Positions 37,684-46,424 of a stretch of 54,566 nt of DNA are shown one piece after another. How positions within the stretch are numbered: the stretch's first letter is position 1; every line of letters begins with the position of its first letter. The stretch comes from a virus (lineage: Duplodnaviria > Caudoviricetes). The notes under the pieces are model-generated. The model was not told the DNA's origin and ran no database searches. It was given only the letters and a program-made list of their open reading frames with translations. The stretch spans positions 1-54,566 of IMG/VR virus record IMGVR_UViG_3300021368_000438, one strand, 5' to 3'. The position numbers and the translations under genes were made by a program.

Positions 37684-37716
37684 ATTCTAGCGAACAAACA
37701 TTGCTTCCGTCGTCCT
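37684..37716 (-). promoter_or_regulatory. Putative late promoter AGGACGAC-N19-TAGAAT
   Basis: Motif 37709-37716, -10 at 37684-37689, about 30 nt upstream of the terS ATG. Confidence 0.7.
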
Positions 37717-37945
37717 TGGGTCTCCATGCGTAGAACCTTGCTTTGCAGACGGGACATGTTGCGTTGGGATTTCTTTTCTGACGTTTCAATTTTTGCTCCG
37801 ATTACTCGTGTGGGTGGAGAGTGGCGACCGCGACGTGATCGGCGGGGGCGACCCTCCCCCCCCTCGCGCAGAGGCGCTTTCCGAAGGAACTTTAGATAGT
37901 GCCGATTTTTTCGGTTTTCTTTCAACATGCATAGGAGACACACGC

Positions 37946-38305
37946 ATGCCATTCGCAACAAACGCCCCATCCATCAAGGACATGATCGCAGCCCTAGACG
38001 CAGGCACAGCTACACACGACGAGGTCGCCAAAGTCGCGGCTGATCGCCTAGCCCGTGAGGGCAAAGGCGACGCATGGTACGCACGATACGCAGCCCTCGC
38101 AGCGCGTTGCGCCGCAGGCGAAACCGCGACCGTCGAGGAGATGTTCCCCACGAAAGCGCCCAAGGCTGCCGCGCCTGCGAAAGCCGCGCCTGTGGGCGAC
38201 ACGAGCTGGAAGTCAGCGACCGAAGCCTTGCTCGCGGTAGCGCCTAGCGCGTCACCAGCGCAAGTCGCAGCGTTCGTAAGCAAGCTCATTCGCGCAGCAT
38301 CATAA
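37946..38305 (+). CDS. Ala-rich hypothetical protein, first gene of the rightward arm (119 aa)
   Basis: AGGAG RBS before ATG at 37946; followed by strong terminator. Confidence 0.7.
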   Translation: MPFATNAPSIKDMIAALDAGTATHDEVAKVAADRLAREGKGDAWYARYAALAARCAAGETATVEEMFPTKAPKAAAPAKAAPVGDTSWKSATEALLAVAPSASPAQVAAFVSKLIRAAS

Positions 38306-38314
38306 GCGCACGTA

Positions 38315-38349
38315 AGACCCAGCGCCTTCGGGCGTTGGGTTTTTTTTTG
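38315..38349 (+). terminator. Rho-independent terminator
   Basis: ACCCAGCGCC-TTCG-GGCGTTGGGT followed by a T9 tract. Confidence 0.9.
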
Positions 38350-38606
38350 TGTTTTTTGTGGGAGAACAGCCATGAATTTACGTCAACTACTGCACAAACT
38401 ACTGCACATCACCGCTACCACGTTGTTTTTACACGATAAAAACACCCCTGTAAGGGATGCGGTCATGGATTTTGGTGCAAAACGTTTCGATTTCATCCGC
38501 TCACGGCTCTCCACAATGACCTCACAAACTACTCGTCCAAACATTTCAACAACTTACCAGACGACGCATTTTTGTGTCGTCCCTGAGATACAGGAGGAAA
38601 ACTCGC

Positions 38607-38822
38607 ATGGCTTCAGCTCATGTCAGACGACGTCGTCTACGTCGCAACTCGATCATCTCTCACGTCTTCGACGTCACGATGGCAACCTTCGGAACAGCGT
38701 TCATTGCGCTGCTCATAACGTGGCTCATGATCAACTGGATCACTGGCTGCGGCGAGGTAACTCGCACCATCGACGGCAAAATCATACAGGGCGAATGCGT
38801 CCTCGTACCGTGGAGGAGCTAA
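38607..38822 (+). CDS. Small membrane protein (71 aa)
   Basis: AGGAGG RBS; Arg-rich N-terminus, TM helix, GCGE...GEC. Confidence 0.7.
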   Translation: MASAHVRRRRLRRNSIISHVFDVTMATFGTAFIALLITWLMINWITGCGEVTRTIDGKIIQGECVLVPWRS

Positions 38823-38824
38823 TC

Positions 38825-38986
38825 ATGGACGATTTGCTCATCTACTTCACGAAACTGCAACTGCTCGATCCCGACTTTGACGGGGAGCAGCCAGACGAGA
38901 TCAGCGATCTCGAAGCCAAGCACATCGGCAGCGATGACGGTGTGAAACTACCACTTCAAACCCTAGCGGAGGATAAGCGCATATGA
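38825..38986 (+). CDS. Small acidic protein (53 aa)
   Basis: GGAGG RBS; 3' part of the 204-aa track ORF. Confidence 0.55.
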   Translation: MDDLLIYFTKLQLLDPDFDGEQPDEISDLEAKHIGSDDGVKLPLQTLAEDKRI

Positions 38987-39201
38987 AGCAAGTAAATGTG
39001 TATCGCAATAACGACGACAGCTTTCACGTTGAAGTCACAGACTGCCCAACCGTAGCCGATTGGGTCGATAACGACGCCAAGGTCAAACTCGTAGACGAAA
39101 TCAACGATCTCCCATGTGAAAGGTCGGCTGACCTTCTCGCACAGTACTTCTGCGTCAAGCACGGTCTGACTGGTTACACATCACAAACCCACAAATTGTG
39201 A
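38983..39201 (+). CDS. Hypothetical protein (72 aa)
   Basis: GGAGG RBS; ATGA coupling. Confidence 0.65.
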   Translation: MKQVNVYRNNDDSFHVEVTDCPTVADWVDNDAKVKLVDEINDLPCERSADLLAQYFCVKHGLTGYTSQTHKL

Positions 39202-39262
39202 GCATCTGGGTCAGCCCCGTGTGGGCTGACTACACATGCAACACAACAGAGAGGAGTAACGC

Positions 39263-40066
39263 ATGACAATACCATCAAAAGTAATCTCGAAAGAAAACCG
39301 CGAAGCATTAGCGAAAGCATTGGCAACCATCGCAATGAAAGACCAGTTTGCTGTAATACGAAGCCACCTCATCAAGGCCAGCGATGCAGTCTTACCACTT
39401 TACGACCAAGTTATGGACGAACTCGAAGGCGCATCGCCAATGATACGCCAGTTTGTTTCTTGCGGTACAGCAGACGACATAGACTTGTCCGAGGATTATC
39501 GATACCCATTAAAATCGGTGAAGGACAAGATCGTATATGAATACAACTCCAAGGCTTGGGTTGATGAAGTATTAGACAACAGCGACGTCAACTATCCGAC
39601 GTCTTGTTTCGACCTTCCAGATGATAGCGAGAACAGACCCGACTGGTTAGAAGACATACTCGAAGAAACAAGAAACAAAGTCGTTTGCACATACGACCCG
39701 TTCCGTTTCTGGTCACTCAATTATCTGGAAATGTTAAGCAACAGATATGTTAAAGGGAGATACAATAACTCGATCTCGTTAACCAAGACACAATGCAGCA
39801 TGATACGTGGGGCAATCGAAGAACTTGCCAAGGCGAACATTCACTCAAGCTGGCTTCAAACAGCGTACAATAAACTAGCCAATGAGATTGAGGAGAACAT
39901 CACCGAAGCGCGCACTACGAGGAATCTCGTAGAGGCATGGCCTGAGTGTGAGCCTCTGCTCGAATACTTGTACCCAACTGGCTCTTCCTCAAGCGTTGAG
40001 ACACCGCTCGGCAACATCGTCTTGCGTCACGTCCAAGCATTACCGTCACCACAGGAGGCAGCGTAA
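39263..40066 (+). CDS. Hypothetical protein, possibly Nmad5-like
   Basis: C-terminal TTRNLVEAWPE resembles the Nmad5 T.K.L...WPE motif; GAGGAG RBS. Confidence 0.5.
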   Translation: MTIPSKVISKENREALAKALATIAMKDQFAVIRSHLIKASDAVLPLYDQVMDELEGASPMIRQFVSCGTADDIDLSEDYRYPLKSVKDKIVYEYNSKAWVDEVLDNSDVNYPTSCFDLPDDSENRPDWLEDILEETRNKVVCTYDPFRFWSLNYLEMLSNRYVKGRYNNSISLTKTQCSMIRGAIEELAKANIHSSWLQTAYNKLANEIEENITEARTTRNLVEAWPECEPLLEYLYPTGSSSSVETPLGNIVLRHVQALPSPQEAA

Positions 40067-40392
40067 TGGCAATAATCACAAACAACCCGACCGCATATGA
40101 CGAACAATCATGGCTCATAGCAGTATGGTCTGCGCTCAATCATTGGCGCTCTCTCGCGCTCGAAGAGGGCGACCCAACCGACGAGAAAGATTGGGACGAA
40201 GTGTGCTCAAGCATGGCGTGGATCACCGAAGAACTCGGCTACAAAATAGACGAGGACGGCGACTACGTCCGAAATCTCGACCATGAACGGAGAGAACCGT
40301 CGATAAGCGATGAACTGCGGAGGGACGAGGAGGATTGGTGTCAAGCATGTGAGGACGGTACTTGCCCAGAACTCGCAGAGGAGGCAACGTAA
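40066..40392 (+). CDS. Highly acidic hypothetical protein (108 aa)
   Basis: AGGAGG RBS; D/E-rich; C-terminal CxxC. Confidence 0.65.
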   Translation: MAIITNNPTAYDEQSWLIAVWSALNHWRSLALEEGDPTDEKDWDEVCSSMAWITEELGYKIDEDGDYVRNLDHERREPSISDELRRDEEDWCQACEDGTCPELAEEAT

Positions 40393-40730
40393 TGGGGTTC
40401 TTTTCATGGCACACAACTGACACAGACGAACCAATCTGGAACGTCCACACGGGTAAAAACAAGACGGTCTACATGATCGACAACAAGGGCAACTCGTGGA
40501 AGGAGGAAGAGTACGACGGCTACGGTGAGTTCGGTGGCAAAGACTACTTCGAACTGCTCGCAGAGATGAACGGTCTAGAGAGCTGTCGTTCTCAGGGTAT
40601 TGCGCTCGTCCATCACGAACCACCCAAGCCGTACTTCGCTCCCAATTTTGTGACATCACCAAAAACTAGATGGCGTTACGCGATACCAAGAGACCATGCA
40701 GAGCAAGGGTTTTTTGATGTGGACGAATAA
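40392..40730 (+). CDS. Conserved phage hypothetical protein (112 aa)
   Basis: MGFFSW...YDGYGEFGGKDY; TAATG coupling. Confidence 0.7.
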   Translation: MGFFSWHTTDTDEPIWNVHTGKNKTVYMIDNKGNSWKEEEYDGYGEFGGKDYFELLAEMNGLESCRSQGIALVHHEPPKPYFAPNFVTSPKTRWRYAIPRDHAEQGFFDVDE

Positions 40731-40776
40731 TATTTCAATATCGTCCATGATGACAGCCAGAAAGGAGGCGCATCGT

Positions 40777-40878
40777 ATGACTAAGAAGCGAGGCAGGCCA
40801 GCAACTAAGCGGCAGCCACACACCATCTTTCGTATCGGACACATTCAGCTTGTCTGGATGCGTAAGCCCAAGAACTAG
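40777..40878 (+). CDS. Small basic protein with AT-hook-like KRGRP (33 aa)
   Basis: AAGGAGG RBS; MTKKRGRPA. Confidence 0.5.
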   Translation: MTKKRGRPATKRQPHTIFRIGHIQLVWMRKPKN

Positions 40879-40925
40879 GGAGGAAACAGACACGTAATGG
40901 TTTCCCGAATAGCACGGCTCACGAG

Positions 40926-40961
40926 ACGCCGTCGCCTTAACAAGCGGCGGCGTTTTTCTTT
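40926..40961 (+). terminator. Probable terminator
   Basis: ACGCCGTCGC...GCGGCGGCGT followed by TTTTCTTT. Confidence 0.6.
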
Positions 40962-41079
40962 GCGGCGTACCAAGCCGTTTTCACACTCACGCAAATTCAG
41001 ACTTGACAGTCCTGTATCTGTAAGAGTACCCACAGTGTGTATCCGAGGATATACACCCAACACCCAATAGGAGACAAAT

Positions 41080-43032
41080 ATGGATGTTGATAAACTACGA
41101 CTAGCACTAACCGAAGACACCTCAAGCGCAATGCGTAAGGCACTGCGTCCACTTGCTCAAGATGTCCTTGAGAGATGTCTTCATACAGACCAGATCGAGT
41201 TGGCGTTCAATGCCTCACCAATCGTTGGCGATGGCTCAGATCAGTTGAAGGTTTCACCTACGCACTCTGGTCTTGTGATGTCGCTCGACATGACGTCGCT
41301 TGCACACATTGCAAGCTCGTATGAGTATAGTAGAGAGAAAGCAGAATCCGTTTGCGATCACATGCTCGACGCTATCCGTAAGCCACAGAGGCACGGATAC
41401 ACAACAGCTTCGTCCAAGAGCAAGACAGGGTTTATATTCGGTCGCTATCGCGATTGGAACGATGACGTTCTTCCTCTGCTACAAAAAGCAGCCAGAGAAA
41501 AGACGGGCATCTTCTCTTCCGATGCCAAGCTACCGAAGTGGCCTGCGGAAACCGCCAACGAGAACTTGTGCATCCTGTGGATGATCGAAGAAGCAGTTGG
41601 CAAATTGCCAGTGAGCTACGGCCTTTTCAAGCATGCGATTACTTCCATGCACTCGATGAATGAGACGCAAAGTAACGTCTTTGAGGCAGCCTTCATCATC
41701 TTCGAAGACGAGAGCGTCGAGAATAACTGGCGTGAGATCATAGAGAATCTCCCTATTGAGCGCAGACAAAAGCTGAGAGATGTTCGTGATCGTATGGTGG
41801 ATCACTACAGTGACGCCGATGAAGAGCTGCCCACGGCAAAGCCTTCGGATGGTAGCATTGTCTTGCCAGAGGACACGACGATTGTTGACGCTGTGCTCTC
41901 GACCCAAGGCTTACCATCAATCAAGCGGATGGTTGATGCCATTAACACCGCCACAGCCAAGGTGACAAAGCTTGAGAGTGAGTTGGACATGACACGCAGA
42001 ATGGCGAGTCAGGCAGCCACAGCCGTGTCTACCGTTGCTACGACCGAGGCGACTGGCGACATACCCGAAGGCTCTGTCGAGACGGTGAACGCCGCTGATC
42101 TGTTCGGTATCACAGGAGCAGCCAGAGATATGTTCAACTTCGATGTGCCGAAGTGGAAGTGGAACGGTGTTCATCCCCACGTACCGCAAGTCGATCCCGA
42201 TTACATCTTTCGAGCAGAAGAACTGTTGCGTGTCTTGTTCGCCATCATGACGAACCAACGTGCGTACTTGTTCGGTCACTCTGGTACAGGCAAGACGACG
42301 CTCGTCGAGCAAGTCTGTGCGCTACTGCTGTGGCCGTGCATGAGGGTCAACTTCGACAGCGAGATTACTCGTATGGACTTGATCGGTCGTGACACACTGA
42401 ACGTGAAGGACGGTGCAAGCGTATCGACATTCATCGACGGCATCCTACCACAGGCAATGTCTGGGCCATATGTGTTGCTATGCGACGAGATGGACAGCGT
42501 CAGACCAGACGTCGCCTATGTGATGCAACGTGCTCTCGAAGGCAACGGCCTGTTGTTGACAGAGGATGGTGGTCGCCTTGTGAAACCGCATCCAATGTTC
42601 CGCATGTTTGCCACGGGTAACACCCAAGGCCAAGGTGATGAGCATGGTATGTACCCATCGTGTCGGCCTCAGTCTCTTGCGCTGCTCGACCGTTTCACTG
42701 TGTGGTCTGAAGTCGATTACCTTGATGCGAACCAACGCAGCAAGTTGGTCAAGAAGAAAGTCCCGACGCTCGACCCCGAACACCACAAGATGGTGTGCCA
42801 GTATGTGACCGAGCATCTGGCTGCGTTCAAGTCTGCCAAGATACTGCAACCGATGTCACCTCGTGGCATGATTGCACTGGCGCAAGCAGTCGCAATCTTC
42901 GCAAGCATTACGACAGGCAAGGAGACCGAGAAAGCAATCAAGCGTGGCTTCGGCACAGTGGTTCTTGATCGTGCCTCATCCTCAGACAAAGCGGTTATCT
43001 CAGGTATCGTAGATCGTGTGGTGGCATCATGA
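41080..43032 (+). CDS. CobS-like MoxR-family AAA+ ATPase with long N-terminal extension
   Basis: VDPDYIF, GHSGTGKT, RVNFDSEITRMDLIG, DEMD, FRMFATGNT, LDRF and SPRG motifs. Confidence 0.9.
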   Translation: MDVDKLRLALTEDTSSAMRKALRPLAQDVLERCLHTDQIELAFNASPIVGDGSDQLKVSPTHSGLVMSLDMTSLAHIASSYEYSREKAESVCDHMLDAIRKPQRHGYTTASSKSKTGFIFGRYRDWNDDVLPLLQKAAREKTGIFSSDAKLPKWPAETANENLCILWMIEEAVGKLPVSYGLFKHAITSMHSMNETQSNVFEAAFIIFEDESVENNWREIIENLPIERRQKLRDVRDRMVDHYSDADEELPTAKPSDGSIVLPEDTTIVDAVLSTQGLPSIKRMVDAINTATAKVTKLESELDMTRRMASQAATAVSTVATTEATGDIPEGSVETVNAADLFGITGAARDMFNFDVPKWKWNGVHPHVPQVDPDYIFRAEELLRVLFAIMTNQRAYLFGHSGTGKTTLVEQVCALLLWPCMRVNFDSEITRMDLIGRDTLNVKDGASVSTFIDGILPQAMSGPYVLLCDEMDSVRPDVAYVMQRALEGNGLLLTEDGGRLVKPHPMFRMFATGNTQGQGDEHGMYPSCRPQSLALLDRFTVWSEVDYLDANQRSKLVKKKVPTLDPEHHKMVCQYVTEHLAAFKSAKILQPMSPRGMIALAQAVAIFASITTGKETEKAIKRGFGTVVLDRASSSDKAVISGIVDRVVAS

Positions 43033-44948
43033 AGTCACAAACATTCGAACATGAGATGACGCAGACAAGTTCTGTGTTCGGTCGTAAGTCTAGCCTTAAC
43101 GTTGTGTTCAAGGGTGATGGTGCAGCAACGGATGGCGATAACGTTTATCTGCCGTCCATTGCACATGATCAGGAAGTGGACGCTGAGACACAGATGGTCA
43201 TGCGTGGCTACGTGGATCACGAAGCTGGTCACAACAGACACAGCGACATGCCGCTGATCTTGAAGAAGTATGAGCAGTGGCACGAAGAGAACAAGCCTGT
43301 ACTCAAGGGCTTGCACAATGCCATCGAAGACATGTGGCTGGAGAAACGGGTCATGCGTGAGTACGGTGGCTCGGAGAAGAACCTGTCTGCCGTTGCCAGT
43401 AAGTGTAACAACTCGTTCGTCGAGCAGAACAAAGACAATCCACTCACTCAGTCATGGGCAGCGGTCGGGCCGTTGGCTGTGACGTGGGAAGGTCGCCGCA
43501 ATTACGAGGGTATCGAGGGCGTTGACGAGTGTCTCGATCTCATACCAGACGACTTGCGTAAGCGTGTCGAAGAGTGGGTCTCTCGCATCGATGACTGCAA
43601 GAACACCGCAGACTGCATCGATCTGGCAACCGAAATCTACACCAATGAAATCGAGCCAACGATGAAGAAGTCGCCCAAGCCAGACAAGGAGGGCGACATC
43701 AGAAAACGTACAGTGCCAGGGGAGGACGGAGAAGAGACCCAAGACGAGAGCTTTGGTGAGGGTGATGATCCAGACACAACCGAGGGGCAGCCGACATCAG
43801 GCGACGAGGAGACTGATGAGGGCGACGGCGAAGGCACTACAGGTGGTGACACCGAGGGCGAGGAGCAAGAGGGCGAAGGTTCGTCTGAGGGCGGTACTCA
43901 GGAAGAGGTAGACGAGGTGACGCCTTGGACTACTGATCTCAAGGGTGGTCTCGATGAGGCGCTCAAGGCAGCAGGGCTGACCGAGCATGACGGCAAGAAG
44001 TACAGACCTTACACCACACAATACGACATGGTGCATCACCGCAAGTTGGATCAGAGCATACCAGCCAACAGGAAGCTGAACGAAGGCAGCACCTCTATCT
44101 ACAAGGCTGACCAACGGAAGCTTGGTGACACGGTGCTCGTGATGATGCGTAAGTTGTCTCGTGCATTCATGGCAAAGCAAGATCGATACTGGGAGGGCGG
44201 TCGTGAGTACGGTCGCTTGGACAGTCGCAGACTTGTCGCCGCTGTGAATGGTGCAGCCAATGTGTTCAAGACCAGAGACGAAGCGCAAGACATAGACACC
44301 GCAGTCATGATCATGGTGGACATGTCGGGCAGCATGGACAACGGTAGGATTATTGTTGCACGTCAGGTTGCGATTGCTCTTTGCAACTGCCTTGACCGCA
44401 CGACGATAGCCTACGAGTTGCTCGGCTTTAGTACGGACGAATACGCCATTAAGTATGAGGAGAAAAACGAGGCTTGTCATGGTAAGTTCAGCCGTATCTC
44501 TCCGCTGAGACATTACATCTTCAAGTCTTTCGAAGAACCGCTGCGTGATGCGACAGGTGCGATTGGCACAATGGCAAAGCACAGGATGCATCACAACGTG
44601 GATGGCGAGAGTGTGTTGTTTGGTCACGAGCGATTGAAGAAGCGGCCAGAGAGTAGACGCATCATGCTCGTGTTGTCTGACGGTTATCCAGAGTTTGATG
44701 GCAGTGGCGCTGAGCATCGTAAGTCTCACCTCGCTGACGTGGTTGCTCACGTACAGAAGGAAGGCACTGAGCTGATCGGCATCGGCATTCAGTCGAGTGC
44801 AGTCGAGCAATTCTATGATCGCTACACGGTGGTGAAAAATTTGAGTGATCTTTCGAAGGGTGCGCTTGACCAACTGGCGAGGCTGTTGATCGACGACAAG
44901 TTCGATGTAACGAGCGACAGCTTGATCAAGGCACGGAAACTTGGGTGA
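43029..44948 (+). CDS. CobT-like VWA protein with N-terminal HExxH domain and acidic linker
   Basis: RGYVDHEAGH, NAIED, GRLDSRRL, VDMSGSM MIDAS, NVDGES, VLSDGYP and GIGI motifs. Confidence 0.9.
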   Translation: MKSQTFEHEMTQTSSVFGRKSSLNVVFKGDGAATDGDNVYLPSIAHDQEVDAETQMVMRGYVDHEAGHNRHSDMPLILKKYEQWHEENKPVLKGLHNAIEDMWLEKRVMREYGGSEKNLSAVASKCNNSFVEQNKDNPLTQSWAAVGPLAVTWEGRRNYEGIEGVDECLDLIPDDLRKRVEEWVSRIDDCKNTADCIDLATEIYTNEIEPTMKKSPKPDKEGDIRKRTVPGEDGEETQDESFGEGDDPDTTEGQPTSGDEETDEGDGEGTTGGDTEGEEQEGEGSSEGGTQEEVDEVTPWTTDLKGGLDEALKAAGLTEHDGKKYRPYTTQYDMVHHRKLDQSIPANRKLNEGSTSIYKADQRKLGDTVLVMMRKLSRAFMAKQDRYWEGGREYGRLDSRRLVAAVNGAANVFKTRDEAQDIDTAVMIMVDMSGSMDNGRIIVARQVAIALCNCLDRTTIAYELLGFSTDEYAIKYEEKNEACHGKFSRISPLRHYIFKSFEEPLRDATGAIGTMAKHRMHHNVDGESVLFGHERLKKRPESRRIMLVLSDGYPEFDGSGAEHRKSHLADVVAHVQKEGTELIGIGIQSSAVEQFYDRYTVVKNLSDLSKGALDQLARLLIDDKFDVTSDSLIKARKLG

Positions 44949-45120
44949 TCGCAAGAAATATACGGTGCGTATGTCTTGGATGCGTTTGCATCCCAGACGT
45001 GCGTGGCAGATGCGCTTCTGGTTGCGCGTCGGCAAACAAGTCAAGGCCAAGGGTGTACCGCACAAGGACTTGGTCAAAGTCAAATCAATCATAAAGGAAG
45101 TAGAGCATGGGTATCGCTGA
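44941..45120 (+). CDS. Small basic hypothetical protein (59 aa, TTG start)
   Basis: Hand-translated MGDRKKYTVRMSWMRLHPRRAWQMRFWLRVGK...; fills the gap between operon genes. Confidence 0.45.
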   Translation: MGDRKKYTVRMSWMRLHPRRAWQMRFWLRVGKQVKAKGVPHKDLVKVKSIIKEVEHGYR

Positions 45121-45406
45121 GAAGATAAGTGTGCCGACACAGAAAGAAGAATGGTGGGCATGGCACAAGGAGAACCCTCACGTCTGGAGGTTGTTCGAGA
45201 AGTTCACATTCGAAGCCATAAAGGCAGGCCATGAGCAGCTTAGTGCATGGCTGATCGTTAATCAAATCAGGTGGGAGACCACCGTGAAGACGACGGGCGA
45301 GTTTAAAATCAAGAACGATTACATCGCATATTACGCTCGTCTGTTTATGGCAGTTCACCCTCAGTACGAGGGATTTTTCAAAACGAAGAGGATGAAAGAT
45401 GAGTAA
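45107..45406 (+). CDS. Conserved phage hypothetical protein (99 aa)
   Basis: HKENPHV...IRWET...FKIKNDYIAYYARLFM. Confidence 0.75.
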   Translation: MGIAEKISVPTQKEEWWAWHKENPHVWRLFEKFTFEAIKAGHEQLSAWLIVNQIRWETTVKTTGEFKIKNDYIAYYARLFMAVHPQYEGFFKTKRMKDE

Positions 45407-45692
45407 TGCAGCAGACAAAATAGCCAAGCTACGCATGGCAGAGATGGGTGTTGGTTGGGAAGAAAAGCAACAGCCAGATGTGGGTGAGGTGCAGCCGATA
45501 GTGGATGCGCTCACGAAGAAAGACAACCTGACCGAAGAGTTGATCGGAAGCACGGCAGACGATGTGCGTGATGCCTTCGAGCAAGCAGCGATTGGGCGTG
45601 GCTTCAAGCTACGAAACACGTTCAGCTCGGACGACCTCAGACAGATGGTCGTCTGGCTGATGCGTATGCACTTCGTGAAGGGAGAAGAGTGA
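45399..45692 (+). CDS. Hypothetical protein (97 aa)
   Basis: Overlapping start/stop with neighbours; GAGG RBS. Confidence 0.65.
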   Translation: MSNAADKIAKLRMAEMGVGWEEKQQPDVGEVQPIVDALTKKDNLTEELIGSTADDVRDAFEQAAIGRGFKLRNTFSSDDLRQMVVWLMRMHFVKGEE

Positions 45693-46192
45693 TGAATGAC
45701 AAAACTTTATACCTAATACGTGGGCTTACAGGAAGCGGTAAGACTACGTTGGCAGAGTTACTTGAGGAAGCTTACTCGAACGGAGACAGTGTAGCTGTTT
45801 TGGTGAGCGCAGACGATTACTTCATTAACATGCGCGGAGAATACAACTTCGATGCTAGTAGGCTCAAGAACGCACACGCCTACTGTCAAACGATGGTTCG
45901 TAGATACCTTAAACACGGGATCAAAGACGAAGAGTTTGGTGAGCCAATTAGTCTGACTGCGGTGATTGTTCACAACACATTCTCAACCAACTGGGAGATG
46001 CAATCCTACAAAGACATGGCGAAAGAGTTTGGTTGGTCGGTGTTTGTGATCGAGTGCCAGAATGATTTCGGTACGACGCATGACGTGCCAGACGAGGTGC
46101 GTGAGAGAATGTCGGAGAGATGGGAGAAGAATGACCAGACGTTCACGGACTGGATGGGTAAGCACATTCACAGGGAGCAAGCCAATGACTGA
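45689..46192 (+). CDS. P-loop kinase (AAA_33 / polynucleotide-kinase-like)
   Basis: IRGLTGSGKTT, SADDYF, AH..CQ, VHNTF and HDVP motifs. Confidence 0.85.
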   Translation: MMNDKTLYLIRGLTGSGKTTLAELLEEAYSNGDSVAVLVSADDYFINMRGEYNFDASRLKNAHAYCQTMVRRYLKHGIKDEEFGEPISLTAVIVHNTFSTNWEMQSYKDMAKEFGWSVFVIECQNDFGTTHDVPDEVRERMSERWEKNDQTFTDWMGKHIHREQAND

Positions 46193-46424
46193 GACGTGTA
46201 ACGACTGCGGCGACAGTGTCGCATGGGGCAGCGGCAAGTTTGTGAACCGCTTGCCTGCTGACGACGGTTGGATTTGTGCCGAGTGCATGGACGGAGTTTA
46301 CGACTGTGACAGGTGTATGAAGCCAATCGGTTTTGATGAGGACATATGGCTGGCGAACAAGGAGCTACGCCTTTGTGAGGATTGTGCAACAGACGACGAG
46401 AAGGAGGAAGCAGAGGATGAATGA
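46185..46424 (+). CDS. Zn-finger protein (four CxxC)
   Basis: CNDC, CAEC, CDRC, CEDC; GGAG RBS. Confidence 0.7.
   Translation: MTETCNDCGDSVAWGSGKFVNRLPADDGWICAECMDGVYDCDRCMKPIGFDEDIWLANKELRLCEDCATDDEKEEAEDE

Noticed and set aside
37786-38373. 195-aa minus-strand ORF
   Set aside because: Shadow of the GC-rich plus gene, which has its own RBS and terminator.
38372-38986. 204-aa plus ORF as one gene
   Set aside because: It overlaps a better-supported membrane gene; only the last 53 codons have their own RBS and look protein-like.
41080-44948. Cobalamin-synthesis auxiliary metabolic genes
   Set aside because: No CobN or other cob genes in the window, and the ATPase architecture is atypical.
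43797-45161. 454-aa minus-strand ORF
   Set aside because: Antisense shadow of the CobT-like gene; no motifs and against operon direction.
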